A stretch of DNA of 64,000 nt from contig VGFS01000001.1 in the NCBI GenBank assembly GCA_016868785.1, positions 20,631 to 84,630 of the forward strand, given 5' to 3'. Positions 1-10,159 of this stretch are shown here, in pieces; the stretch's first letter is position 1, and every line of letters begins with the position of its first letter. The position numbers and the translations under genes are program-made. Under the pieces are notes generated by a model. That model did not search any database. It was not told the origin of the DNA and saw only the letters and a list, made by a program, of their open reading frames with translations. Source of the stretch: Bacteroidota bacterium. Its GTDB lineage: Bacteria; Bacteroidota; Bacteroidia; NS11-12g; UBA955.

Positions 1-739
1 CAATGGCAGCAACCCCAACAGGCAGCACCGTTATCATGGCGAAATTTGGGGCAAAGCTGGAATCACCGAGTACGCAAGATGGATAAAATGGGGATCCCAA
101 TATTCGAGAGCGTCGGGAAGATTGGATTTGGGTTATGATTTCCAGCTGGCTGCACAACTGCAAAAAATCATGGGGGGCGTGTTCCATTTTGAAGGGAAGG
201 TGCAATTCAACAGCAGTGCAGGAGAGGTCCAAAATGAATATTGGGTTGGTGGCTCTCAAGGATGGATCAATCCGACGCCCTGGGACATTTCAATTTGGAA
301 TTCGGGTGCTGTGGGTGATGATGGCTATCGCGTGATTGGCGGTTATGTAAGGGGTTTTTATTCAGGTGTTCGATTGGGTCATTCTTCGGCTGTTATGAAT
401 TTACAACTGGGCATCTCTCCTTTCAAATTGATCTACAAGGACATCATCAAATCTGAAGTACTGAAACGCTTAGAAACATACACATTTTTGGACGTAGGAA
501 CGGCGTATGTTGGGAGGAGCCCATCCAACGACTCTAATCCATTTAATCGACAGTCCTACAACACACCCAATTTGCTGATGGATGTGTATGCAAAACGGAA
601 TCCATGGGTTGCGGGGGCCGGTTTGGGTGCAAGGACCATACTACTTAAAATGCCAATTCGCTATGAAGTGGCTTGGGGCCTTAAAGAAGGAAAAATTCTC
701 ACCCCGATACATCATGTTTGTATGACATGGAATTTTTAG
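1..739 (+). CDS. 3' portion of an outer-membrane beta-barrel protein (gene starts upstream of window); ends in ...MTWNF
   Basis: Reading frame is open from nt 2 to the TAG at 737-739 with no upstream stop, so the ORF-track TTG 'start' at 122 is internal. Gly/aromatic-rich alternating pattern and C-terminal Phe are typical of OMP beta-barrels (Omp85/porin-like). Confidence 0.35.
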   Translation, partial: NGSNPNRQHRYHGEIWGKAGITEYARWIKWGSQYSRASGRLDLGYDFQLAAQLQKIMGGVFHFEGKVQFNSSAGEVQNEYWVGGSQGWINPTPWDISIWNSGAVGDDGYRVIGGYVRGFYSGVRLGHSSAVMNLQLGISPFKLIYKDIIKSEVLKRLETYTFLDVGTAYVGRSPSNDSNPFNRQSYNTPNLLMDVYAKRNPWVAGAGLGARTILLKMPIRYEVAWGLKEGKILTPIHHVCMTWNF

Positions 740-806
740 CGAATTCCTGAAAATTCCTGACCAAAATGTTGTGTTTTGTGTTTATTTTGCGACACACTAC
801 AAACCC

Positions 807-1832
807 ATGAGTTTTTTCAGTTTTCTAACCCAAGAACTTGCCATCGACCTCGGCACAGCCAACACCCTAATCATCCACAAAGACAAGGTAGTTGTTGACG
901 AACCAAGTATCATCGCCATTGAGCGAAATACGGGCAATGTAATTGCCATTGGTAAAGATGCGATGCAAATGTTTGGTAAAGAAAACGAGGGAATTAAGAC
1001 CATTCGTCCTCTCAAAGACGGTGTAATCGCTGATTTTCAGGCAGCTGAGCACATGATTCGTGGCATGATCAAAATGATGAATCAAAAGCAGCGTTGGATT
1101 TCACCTCAGTTGAAGATGGTTATTTGTATTCCCAGTGGAATCACCGAGGTTGAAAAGCGTGCAGTTAAGGATTCGGCGGAGCGCAGCGGAGCCAAAGAGG
1201 TGTATTTGATTCACGAACCAATGGCTGCAGCGGTTGGTATCGGCATTGATGTTACGCAGCCTCAAGGAAACATGATTGTGGATATCGGCGGTGGAACTAC
1301 AGAGATCGCCATCATTGCTTTGGGAGGTATTGTATGTGACGAGAGCATTCGCGTAGCCGGTGATGAATTCAATTTGGATATTTTGGAATACATGCGTCGT
1401 GAGCACAATCTGTTAATTGGCGAAAGGACTGCGGAAAAAATCAAAATCCACATTGGTTCTGCACTTCAAGAATTGGACAGTCCTCCAGAAGACTATGCAG
1501 TTTTTGGCAGAGATCTTATGACTGGTATTCCCAAGCAAATCATTGTAAGTTATAGCGAAATAGCAAGGGCACTGGACAAGAGCATCATGAAAGTGGAAGA
1601 GGCGGTTTTGAGGGCTCTCGAACAGTCTCCTCCAGAACTTAGCGCTGATATTTTAGGCAATGGCATTTGGCTTACAGGTGGTGGAGCTTTGTTACGAGGA
1701 CTAGATAAACGCATTGCCGCCAAGACAAAATTGCGTGTGCACATCGCCGAGGATCCTTTGCGTGCAGTTGTTCGAGGTACAGGAACGGCTTTAAAAAATA
1801 TTGGACGCTTCAAATTCCTAATGACAGCTTAA
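807..1832 (+). CDS. mreB: rod shape-determining actin homolog MreB
   Basis: MSFFSFLTQELAIDLGTANTLII... is a classic MreB N-terminus and the DIGGGTTE motif is present. Start moved to ATG 807 (M13 of track ORF). Confidence 0.9.
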   Translation: MSFFSFLTQELAIDLGTANTLIIHKDKVVVDEPSIIAIERNTGNVIAIGKDAMQMFGKENEGIKTIRPLKDGVIADFQAAEHMIRGMIKMMNQKQRWISPQLKMVICIPSGITEVEKRAVKDSAERSGAKEVYLIHEPMAAAVGIGIDVTQPQGNMIVDIGGGTTEIAIIALGGIVCDESIRVAGDEFNLDILEYMRREHNLLIGERTAEKIKIHIGSALQELDSPPEDYAVFGRDLMTGIPKQIIVSYSEIARALDKSIMKVEEAVLRALEQSPPELSADILGNGIWLTGGGALLRGLDKRIAAKTKLRVHIAEDPLRAVVRGTGTALKNIGRFKFLMTA

Positions 1833-1844
1833 ACCCTTTAACAC

Positions 1845-2717
1845 ATGTTGGTAATATTCCGTTGGATACGGAATCAGGCGCATCCTTTGTTGTTTGTATT
1901 GTTGCTTATCAGTGCAACGACACAAATATTTAGGTATCATTTTTACCAGCATAGTATCTACTTTGGTCAAGTTTTGGGGGCTCATAGAAAAATCGATCAA
2001 TTACGCGCGGATGTAAAGGCTTATTTCAACCTGAAACAGGTTAATCAACAACTTATTGCTGAAAATACGCTTCTAAAACAACAACTCAATTGGAATCTCA
2101 CCTATAATTCACCGAAGCGAGACAGTGCATATCAGGACGAAAAAACTGGGAATTTGGTAAAATACGATTACATTCAAGCTCGGGTGATTCGAAACAGCGT
2201 ACAGAACCAGAACAACTTCATCATCTTAGACAGGGGATTTAAAGATGGCATCAAACGGCACATGTCGGTTGTATCGCCCATGGGAATTGTAGGTGTTGTT
2301 GTTGAATCGGCAGAACATTATTCATTGGTGATGTCTGTTCTCAATTCGAAATTTGAAATCACACCTTATTTTTATGATTTAAAAACGAGTCAAGGAGTTA
2401 TCTCTTGGAATGGAGAAGATCCCACCACCGTTGACCTCGAAGAAGTAAATAGATTTGTCAAGGTAAAAAACGGAATGAAACTATTTACATCCAACTATTC
2501 CCTATTATTCCCTGCAGGAATTCCTATAGGTACGATCATTTCAAGTAGTTCGAATTTAAAATCAAATTTTCACAAGATTAAAGTAAAACTCGCAACTGAC
2601 TTTGGCCAATTGGATGTTGTTACAGTGATAAAGAACATACATCAAAAAGAATTGGATGCCTTAAACAACGCGATACCCACAAGTAACGAAGAAAACAACA
2701 ATGATAGAAATAACTAG
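1845..2717 (+). CDS. mreC: rod shape-determining protein MreC
   Basis: N-terminal TM, then a coiled-coil (LKQVNQQLIAENTLLKQQLN), then a beta-rich C-terminal domain. Lies immediately after mreB. Confidence 0.75.
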   Translation: MLVIFRWIRNQAHPLLFVLLLISATTQIFRYHFYQHSIYFGQVLGAHRKIDQLRADVKAYFNLKQVNQQLIAENTLLKQQLNWNLTYNSPKRDSAYQDEKTGNLVKYDYIQARVIRNSVQNQNNFIILDRGFKDGIKRHMSVVSPMGIVGVVVESAEHYSLVMSVLNSKFEITPYFYDLKTSQGVISWNGEDPTTVDLEEVNRFVKVKNGMKLFTSNYSLLFPAGIPIGTIISSSSNLKSNFHKIKVKLATDFGQLDVVTVIKNIHQKELDALNNAIPTSNEENNNDRNN

Positions 2718-3210
2718 ATACATACTTTCTGCATTATTGTTGGCAATTGTTCAGACATTTATCCTACAAGAAGTAAATATTGCATGGTGGATCAAACCTA
2801 TGCCTTATGTGATGTTATTTTTAAGCATACCAATCTCTGTGAACAAATATGGGATATTAATTGGCGCTTTTTTCTTTGGCATGACGATCGATGCATTGGG
2901 AGGTAGCATGGGTATGCATACAGCGGCTTGTGTGTCTGTGGTATACATTAAATACCACATAGACAATTACTTTTTGGATGAAAACAGCATGCAGTTGCAA
3001 GGATTATCATCGATACACGAAGATTACAAAGGCTGGCAATGGTATTACGTTTATGTATTTTCTATTGCATTGATACATCATTTAATCTTTTTTACATTTG
3101 ACTACTTTCGCTGGTCGGCCCTTTTTACTATTTTATGGGTGAGTATAGCAAGTGCTTGTGTGAGTGTATTTTTTATTCAGATTTTCAGAATTCTCATGAG
3201 TAAACGTTGA
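2701..3210 (+). CDS. mreD: rod shape-determining protein MreD (polytopic membrane)
   Basis: 169-aa hydrophobic protein located between mreC and PBP2. Overlaps the mreC end, consistent with operon coupling. Confidence 0.6.
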   Translation: MIEITRYILSALLLAIVQTFILQEVNIAWWIKPMPYVMLFLSIPISVNKYGILIGAFFFGMTIDALGGSMGMHTAACVSVVYIKYHIDNYFLDENSMQLQGLSSIHEDYKGWQWYYVYVFSIALIHHLIFFTFDYFRWSALFTILWVSIASACVSVFFIQIFRILMSKR

Positions 3211-3214
3211 AATT

Positions 3215-5059
3215 ATGATTGACAAAAATCGTTCGAAACAAATCGTATATCTAGGATTGATCCTTTTTGTTTTCGTTGTTTACACCCTGCGTCTTGCCAG
3301 TTTACAATTGGGCGAGGTACCCTATAAGAAAATGGCCATTAACAATGCATTGAACAAAATTACATTGTATCCATCCAGAAGTAACGTGTTTGATAGAAAA
3401 GGGAAATTGATGGTTTACAGCACGCAAATGTATGATTTATCGGTTTTTCCCTATGAAATAAAAAAACTAGACACTGGCTTATTGTGTTCTATTTTAGAAT
3501 TGGACTTGCCCACGGTGCGAGGGTTAATCATTGACGCTGGAGTTAGAGCAAAAAAGCGACAAAAGAATAACTCATTCAACAACTCAGCCTTATTTTATGC
3601 AAACTTATCGAATAAGCAATTCACATTGGTTCGTGAGAATATATACAGACTTGATGGTTTTTTCATTGAGTCAAGAACTGACCGTCAATTTGCCACACCT
3701 ACCCTCTCTCATGCACTGGGATACTTGGGCGAAGCCGATGAGGACTTAATTGCTTCTGACGAATACTATCAGCCTGGCGATTTAGTAGGAGTGACAGGCT
3801 TGGAAAGGTACTACGAAAAACAAATTCGGGGGGTGAAGGGTGTAAAAACTGTATGGCAAGATAGAACTTACACAGAAAGAGGCGTAGTCAAAGATCCACA
3901 GTTCAACTTCCCCGCCACGGCAGGTCCCGACGTAATCAGTAGCTTAGACTTTACGCTTCAGGAGTATGGCAGAGCCTTATTAAATGGAAAAAAAGGAAGT
4001 ATCGTGGCGATTGAACCGTCCACAGGTGAAGTATTGGCCTTTATTAACAACCCTGATTATGACCCCAACACTATGGTGGGCAGAGATCGGGCGAAAACGT
4101 TCAAATCCTTATTGACAGATCCACAAAAACCCCTTTATAATAGAGCTGTGAAAGGTGTTTACCCCCCAGGTTCAACCTTTAAAACAGTGATGGCATTAAT
4201 TGCCATGCAAGAAGGGGTTCTCACGCCAGAAACTACACATGGATGTGGTGGAGGCTACAGACTGGGAAATATACGTGTTGGTTGCCATCCTCATGGTGGA
4301 CCGCTCGATCTTCAAGGGTCTATTAGAATTTCATGTAACAGTTATTATTGTCAAGTTTTCAGGGATATCATCGATAATCCAAAATACGGGGATGTAAAAA
4401 TTGGATACGCTGCTTTGGAGAAACACTTAAGATCATTCGGTCTTGGAAGCCCACTAAACATAGATTTATTGGGAGAATCAAAGGGAAATATTCCTTCTGT
4501 AGCTCAATTGAATCGACGTCATGGTGAACGATGGAAAAGCAGTACCATTATTTCTCTGAGTATTGGACAGGGTGAAATTCTGTTGACTCCCTTACAAATG
4601 GCCAATACAGCCGCCATTTTAGCAAACAGAGGTTGGTATTATTCCCCTCACCTTGTAAAGAAAATTGAGGGTTATAAAGACACTGCATGGGATCGCAAAT
4701 ACAAAACTAAAAACATCACAATAGTAGACCCGAAGTATTTCCAGTTTGTTATCGAAGGGATGGCAGAAGTAACCAAGCCAGGTGGCACAGCGAATAGAAC
4801 TGGCATTCCTGATATTGAAATTTGTGCAAAAACTGGTACCGCCCAAAACCCTCATGGAAAAGACCATTCAATTTACATTGCCTTCGCTCCGAAAGACAAT
4901 CCAAAAATCGCGATCGCGGTGTTAGTTGAGAACGGTGGTTTTGGCGCAACATGGGCGGCCCCTATTGCCAATCTAATGATTGAAAAATACTTGACAGGCA
5001 AGTCTGAATCCGTGAGACCGGATATGGAAGAAAGAATTAAAAATAGTACAATTCAATAA
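3215..5059 (+). CDS. mrdA: penicillin-binding protein 2 (peptidoglycan D,D-transpeptidase)
   Basis: N-terminal TM, STFK active-site motif (GSTFKTV), SCN (ISCNSYY) and KTGT (AKTGTAQN) motifs. Conserved mreBCD-mrdA-rodA order. Confidence 0.85.
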   Translation: MIDKNRSKQIVYLGLILFVFVVYTLRLASLQLGEVPYKKMAINNALNKITLYPSRSNVFDRKGKLMVYSTQMYDLSVFPYEIKKLDTGLLCSILELDLPTVRGLIIDAGVRAKKRQKNNSFNNSALFYANLSNKQFTLVRENIYRLDGFFIESRTDRQFATPTLSHALGYLGEADEDLIASDEYYQPGDLVGVTGLERYYEKQIRGVKGVKTVWQDRTYTERGVVKDPQFNFPATAGPDVISSLDFTLQEYGRALLNGKKGSIVAIEPSTGEVLAFINNPDYDPNTMVGRDRAKTFKSLLTDPQKPLYNRAVKGVYPPGSTFKTVMALIAMQEGVLTPETTHGCGGGYRLGNIRVGCHPHGGPLDLQGSIRISCNSYYCQVFRDIIDNPKYGDVKIGYAALEKHLRSFGLGSPLNIDLLGESKGNIPSVAQLNRRHGERWKSSTIISLSIGQGEILLTPLQMANTAAILANRGWYYSPHLVKKIEGYKDTAWDRKYKTKNITIVDPKYFQFVIEGMAEVTKPGGTANRTGIPDIEICAKTGTAQNPHGKDHSIYIAFAPKDNPKIAIAVLVENGGFGATWAAPIANLMIEKYLTGKSESVRPDMEERIKNSTIQ

Positions 5060-6330
5060 TGCAATACAGTCCACTTAGAAGCAACAACACCTCGAAAATT
5101 GACAGTTTAGCAATTTTCCTTTATGTTGTATTGCTTTTAATTGGATTCATCAGCATCGCCAGCGCCACCTCGGATGTTAATCAAGCATTCTATTCGTTGT
5201 CTGATGTAGCCATTAAGCAATTGGTGTTTATCGCTGGTGCGATTATCATCATTTTCACCATTGTGTTCTCAAATGTTGTGGTGATTGACTATTTCGCTTA
5301 TGGATTTTATGCCATTGCCATTACCCTCAACATACTTGTCTTGTTTTTGGGCCGCGAGATTTCCGGAGCCAAATCGTGGTTCGGCTTTGGTGGTTTTGGC
5401 ATACAACCCAGCGAATTTGCGAAAGTTGCCACAGCCATAGCGTTGGCAAAATTCTTAGGAACATACGGTGTACGTTTCCAGGGGACAAAAAACATCGTTA
5501 CAGCGTTGGGTATTTTTTTATTACCTATGGCGATCATTCTGATTCAGAACGATACTGGAAGTGCCTTGGTTTTCTTGTCGTTTTTTTTGGTTTTATACCG
5601 AGAGGGATTGCCCGGTTATATTCTGCTTTCTGCCGTTTGGTTGGGAATTTTGGCGATATTCAGAATCATCAGTGAAGCTAGGGGTATTTCTAGTTTTTAT
5701 GGTTACGGTTTGCTGTTAGGATTGGGTTCAATCATTGTGTTTTTTGTAAGAAAAGATCGAGGGATTGCCATCCTTGTAGCTACTGTGGCTGTTATTTCAT
5801 CGTTTTTTTACACCATAGTTGGAACTTTTTACTTAAAAATCCTTCAACCATACCAACGCGATCGTATAGAATTGGTTCTTGGATTAAAAGAGGATGATCG
5901 CGGCCTAGGCTTTAATTTAAAACAATCCAAAATTGCGATTGGCGCTGGCGAACTTTGGGGTCGAGGTTATCTTAAAGGTACTCAAACAAAAATGGGGTTT
6001 GTTCCCGAGCAACATACCGATTTCATTTTTGATGCCATTGGTGAAGAATGGGGCTTTGTGGGCAGCACCCTATTTTTGGTCATTTTCTGTGGACTGCTGG
6101 TTCGATTGGTTATCATGGCTGAACGACAATCAACGGTATTTGGAAGGGTTTTGGGTTATTCGCTCGCTTCGGTTCTGTTTTTTCATATGTCAATCAACAT
6201 AGGAATGACCATGGGGCTTGTGCCAACCATCGGAATTCCATTGCCATTTATCTCAGCTGGCGGTAGTAGCCTATGGGCATTTACCCTATTTCTTTTCACA
6301 TTTCTGCGTGTAGATCAAGTTCGTAAGTAA
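5059..6330 (+). CDS. rodA: SEDS-family peptidoglycan polymerase RodA
   Basis: FtsW/RodA/SpoVE-type 10-TM protein. TAATG stop/start overlap with mrdA. Completes the Rod-system operon. Confidence 0.85.
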   Translation: MQYSPLRSNNTSKIDSLAIFLYVVLLLIGFISIASATSDVNQAFYSLSDVAIKQLVFIAGAIIIIFTIVFSNVVVIDYFAYGFYAIAITLNILVLFLGREISGAKSWFGFGGFGIQPSEFAKVATAIALAKFLGTYGVRFQGTKNIVTALGIFLLPMAIILIQNDTGSALVFLSFFLVLYREGLPGYILLSAVWLGILAIFRIISEARGISSFYGYGLLLGLGSIIVFFVRKDRGIAILVATVAVISSFFYTIVGTFYLKILQPYQRDRIELVLGLKEDDRGLGFNLKQSKIAIGAGELWGRGYLKGTQTKMGFVPEQHTDFIFDAIGEEWGFVGSTLFLVIFCGLLVRLVIMAERQSTVFGRVLGYSLASVLFFHMSINIGMTMGLVPTIGIPLPFISAGGSSLWAFTLFLFTFLRVDQVRK

Positions 6331-6355
6331 TTCGCTTTTCCGTATTATTGTAAGG

Positions 6356-9300
6356 ATGAATACAAAGCGATTCAAACTACTGTTAGCGGGCAGTTTTTCG
6401 GCACTAACTCTATCAATGACTATCACATCTTGTGGCAGTTCGGATGAACAAAACGTGGATTTATTGTTTGAAAAAATGGAATCCGACGTTACCGGTATAG
6501 ATTTCGTCAATACCGTACCCGAAAACGATTCATTGAATCAGTTTACCTACCATTATTTATACAATGGTTCTGGGGTAGCCATCGGCGATATTAACAATGA
6601 TGGGAAAAACGACCTATACTTTTCTGGTAACGAAAAATCATCCAAACTTTACCTAAACAAAGGCGATTTTAAATTTGAGGACGTAACTAAGCAAAGTGGA
6701 ACGACAACAAACCAATGGATCAGTGGCGTAAGCATGGTTGACGTCAATAACGATGGTTGGCTCGATATCTATGCCTGTTCTTCGGGCCCTCGACAATTGA
6801 AACAATCGAAAAGAAACTTGTTGTTTATCAATCAGAAAAACGGCAAATTCAAGGAATCAGCCAAAGAATGGGGCGTAGACGACGGTGGAAATGCAACTTG
6901 TGCAACCTTTTTTGACTACGACAATGATGGTGATTTGGACTTCTATTTGGGAAATCACGCTGACCAGTTTTTTTCGAATATCAACACCAAGTTCACGCCT
7001 ACCTTGAACATGGACGAGTTTAACCAGCAACACTTTTTCAGAAATGATGGCAATAAATTCACGGATGTATCGGCAACTGCCGGTGTAGTGAAAATGGGTT
7101 ATTGCTTGAGTGCCGCTGCGGCTGATTACAACAACGACGGTTTCACGGATCTGTATGTGTGCAACGATTACCATGTACCGGATTGTTACTATTTCAACAA
7201 TGGCGATGGAACGTTTACCGATCAGTTTGATGTCGCCTTCAAGCATTCCAGCACAAACTCCATGGGAAGTGATGTGGCGGACGTAAACAACGATGGTTTT
7301 TCGGATTTGATTACAGTGGATATGCTGTCTGAAAGCCCCAGACGTTATATGTCGCTCATGGGACCCAAAGACTACGATTACACCATGGTGGGCATTAAAA
7401 ATGGTTACAAACACCAATACATGAAGAACAACCTTCAGATGAACCTGGGAAATGGTCACTTTGCCGACTTGTCATACTTGTATGGTGTAGCTAAATCGGA
7501 CTGGAGCTGGAGTCCATTACTATCGGATTTTAACGATGATGGTTTTACCGACATGTTTGTTTCCAATGGATATTACCGAGATGTAACCAATTTGGATTTT
7601 ATCTTTTATCAAAGCACTGTTGAACAGCAGCAAAAACGGGGTTTAACCCATGAGGAATTATTGAAAAAACTCCCCTACGAGAAAATTCAGAACTTCTTCT
7701 TTTTGAATAACAAGGGCGAAGGCTTTGTGAATAAGGCCAGTGAAGTTGGGTTGGAAGATTTGAGTTTGAGCACCGGATCTGCCGCGGGTGATTTGGATGG
7801 TGATGGTCGATTGGACTTGGTCGTTTGTAACCAGGGAGAGGCCCCATTGGTTTATAAAAACGTAAATACGCAAAATCACTTCGTGAATGTCAAGGCCCAG
7901 GGTAGCGACAAATCAAACCGTTTTGGGATTGGCTGTCAACTCTACGCATCTGATTCAGCCGGTCGATATAGAAAATTCGAAATACAACCATCGCGTGGAT
8001 ACCAAAGTTCTTCAGAAGCAATGGCACACATCGGGTTGGGAGAAGACGAACAACTCGCTGAATTGGTGGTACTTTGGCCCAACGGCAAAGCTCAGATTTT
8101 GAAGGACGTATCAGCGGATCAGACCATCGTTGTAAAAAGCAGTGATGCCAACACCACTTGGGATCGCAACAAAATTACGGCAGGAGACCTACCCTATTTT
8201 ACGGAAAATGAGGGTGAATGGGGTTTGAATTTCAATCATGTGGAACAAGAGAATCCCGATTTCAAGCGGGAGCCCTTACTGCCCCATCGTTATACAACAT
8301 TGGGACCTGGGATGTCGACTGGCGATGTGAACGGCGATGGTCTTCAGGATTTATTTGTGGGAAATGCCCGTGAAAGTGCTGGTTCCAGTTTGTTTTTGCA
8401 ACAAAAGGATGGAAAATATACACCGGCTTCGAGTCAGCCGTGGAAATCCTTGGATGCGGATGTGATGGGGTCTCTATTCTTCGATTGTGATGGCGATAAA
8501 GACTTGGATTTGTACGTCGCTGTTGGCGGATCAGAGTTTGAATGGCCATCGAATAAGTACGAACATCAGTTATACCTTAACGATGGCAAGGGCGGTTTCA
8601 CGGTTGGTAAGGGCCGTTTACCCAATGTAATTTCAAGCGGAAGTTCAGTAACATCGTCGGATTTCGATGGCGATGGTGATCTCGATTTATTTGTTGCGGG
8701 TAGATTGATGCCGGGAAATTGGCCCACCTTGGAAGTGAGAAGCTACCTTTTACAAAACAACGGGGGTAAGTTTAGGGATGTTACCGCAGCATTGGCTCCG
8801 GATTTGGAAAATGCCGGGATGATTTGTTCCGCTATTTTCTCAGATTACAATGGTGACGGCAAGCCTGATTTGTTGCTGGCGGGAGAATGGATGCCATTGA
8901 TTTTCATGGAAAATGCGGGAGGAAAATTCGTCAACAAAACGGGTGAAGTGGGTGATGCTTCCTTATCGGGTTGGATGAACAGTATCACACCTGTGGACAT
9001 CGACAATGACGGAGACATGGATTACATGGTTGGAAACAAAGGTAACAACAGCTTTATTCAGGCCAAAGTGGGCAGTCCAAGCAAAGTATTTTGGGCTGAT
9101 TTTGACGGCAATGGCAGACAAGACATCGCCATGAGTTATCAATACGGTGGAAGCGATTATCCGCTGTTTACGATGGATGAGATGGGCAAGGCCTACCCTT
9201 TCTTTATCAATAAAAAGTTCACGACTTACAATGATTTTGCAGGAAAAACCATGGAAGAAATCTTTGGCGCTGAGGTACTCAAACAAAACAGCTTAACGGC

Positions 9301-9871
9301 CAACTACTTCTCAAGCTTCGTGGCCATCAACAACGGGGGTAAATTCAGTTTTGTAGAATTGCCCATGTGGGCACAAGCAGGTCCAATTTTCGGCACCACC
9401 GTCATCGATGTTGATGGCAATGGTTACGACGATATTCTTTGTACAGGGAATAATTACAATACCCGTGTTCCTCATGGTAGAGACGATGCGCAACCAAGCT
9501 TCGTACTGTTTAACCAAGGCGGTTCATTCAACTACCAATCAGGTTCAAGAAACGGCTTGTATAACCAGGATGATGGAAAATCAATGGTGATAAGTCCCGG
9601 CCCTGCGAATCAGGTGCGAGTGTTGATCTCCAACAACAACGGAAAATTGCGTGGCTTCACCGTGTTAAACGGCCAAAAACAAAGACAGAATGTTGCTTTT
9701 GTTCCAGCACCTGCGATGGCAAGTTATGCAAAAGTTTCTGTCAATGGCAGCGTAAAGCTTGTACATTTAAACGGCGGAAGTGGCTATCTATCAGGCAATA
9801 CGCGCGGAGTTTGGAAAACAAAAGGCGTAGGAAACATTGAATTCTTTGATGTAAATGGTCGTAGATTGTAA
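6356..9871 (+). CDS. CRTAC1-family VCBS/FG-GAP repeat lipoprotein with C-terminal ASPIC/UnbV-like domain
   Basis: Lipoprotein signal (LSMTITSCGSS). Many D-x-N-x-D-G-x-x-D-ly motifs (DINNDGKNDLYFSG, DVNNDGWLDIY, DYDNDGDLDFY, DYNNDGFTDLYV, DLDGDGRLDLVV...). 1171 aa. Confidence 0.7.
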   Translation: MNTKRFKLLLAGSFSALTLSMTITSCGSSDEQNVDLLFEKMESDVTGIDFVNTVPENDSLNQFTYHYLYNGSGVAIGDINNDGKNDLYFSGNEKSSKLYLNKGDFKFEDVTKQSGTTTNQWISGVSMVDVNNDGWLDIYACSSGPRQLKQSKRNLLFINQKNGKFKESAKEWGVDDGGNATCATFFDYDNDGDLDFYLGNHADQFFSNINTKFTPTLNMDEFNQQHFFRNDGNKFTDVSATAGVVKMGYCLSAAAADYNNDGFTDLYVCNDYHVPDCYYFNNGDGTFTDQFDVAFKHSSTNSMGSDVADVNNDGFSDLITVDMLSESPRRYMSLMGPKDYDYTMVGIKNGYKHQYMKNNLQMNLGNGHFADLSYLYGVAKSDWSWSPLLSDFNDDGFTDMFVSNGYYRDVTNLDFIFYQSTVEQQQKRGLTHEELLKKLPYEKIQNFFFLNNKGEGFVNKASEVGLEDLSLSTGSAAGDLDGDGRLDLVVCNQGEAPLVYKNVNTQNHFVNVKAQGSDKSNRFGIGCQLYASDSAGRYRKFEIQPSRGYQSSSEAMAHIGLGEDEQLAELVVLWPNGKAQILKDVSADQTIVVKSSDANTTWDRNKITAGDLPYFTENEGEWGLNFNHVEQENPDFKREPLLPHRYTTLGPGMSTGDVNGDGLQDLFVGNARESAGSSLFLQQKDGKYTPASSQPWKSLDADVMGSLFFDCDGDKDLDLYVAVGGSEFEWPSNKYEHQLYLNDGKGGFTVGKGRLPNVISSGSSVTSSDFDGDGDLDLFVAGRLMPGNWPTLEVRSYLLQNNGGKFRDVTAALAPDLENAGMICSAIFSDYNGDGKPDLLLAGEWMPLIFMENAGGKFVNKTGEVGDASLSGWMNSITPVDIDNDGDMDYMVGNKGNNSFIQAKVGSPSKVFWADFDGNGRQDIAMSYQYGGSDYPLFTMDEMGKAYPFFINKKFTTYNDFAGKTMEEIFGAEVLKQNSLTANYFSSFVAINNGGKFSFVELPMWAQAGPIFGTTVIDVDGNGYDDILCTGNNYNTRVPHGRDDAQPSFVLFNQGGSFNYQSGSRNGLYNQDDGKSMVISPGPANQVRVLISNNNGKLRGFTVLNGQKQRQNVAFVPAPAMASYAKVSVNGSVKLVHLNGGSGYLSGNTRGVWKTKGVGNIEFFDVNGRRL

Positions 9872-9911
9872 CAACTTTCGTAATACAGTTGTATAATCCG
9901 TTCAAAACCCC

Positions 9912-9919
9912 TATTTTTG
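9912..9919 (+). promoter_or_regulatory. Bacteroidetes sigmaA -7 box (TAnnTTTG = TATTTTTG) upstream of small ORF
   Basis: Exact match to the TAnnTTTG consensus, 18 nt upstream of ATG 9938. A TTG lies about 23 nt upstream. Confidence 0.3.
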
Positions 9920-9937
9920 CAACCTAATTGTAAGAAC

Positions 9938-10093
9938 ATGGCTGTTACTAAACTCAAAAGAAAAGAAGCAAAAAACAGAAGCAGAATGACCAAGCGCGTT
10001 GATAACATCAAGCGTTTGAAATTGGTTACCAACATTGCTTCTCCATACAAAGGCATTTCTGGTATTGTCTTGGAAGACCAAGAAAACCATTAA
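9938..10093 (+). CDS. small basic protein (51 aa, MAVTKLKRKEAKNRSRMTKRVDNIKRLKLVTNIASPYKGISGIVLEDQENH), unannotated in ORF track
   Basis: ATG..TAA, 156 nt, below the 60-aa cutoff of the track. Flanked by a consensus promoter and a strong intrinsic terminator. Lys/Arg-rich N-terminus, ribosomal-protein-like composition. Confidence 0.4.
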   Translation: MAVTKLKRKEAKNRSRMTKRVDNIKRLKLVTNIASPYKGISGIVLEDQENH

Positions 10094-10113
10094 ATGTCAT
10101 TGTTTTAGATATT

Positions 10114-10148
10114 CAAGGCACGCATTTTTGCGTGCCTTTTTTTTATTA
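10114..10148 (+). terminator. rho-independent terminator (GGCACGCA-TTTT-TGCGTGCC + T8)
   Basis: Perfect 8-bp GC-rich stem, 4-nt loop, followed by TTTTTTTTATT. Confidence 0.6.
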
Positions 10149-10159
10149 AATTCACACCC

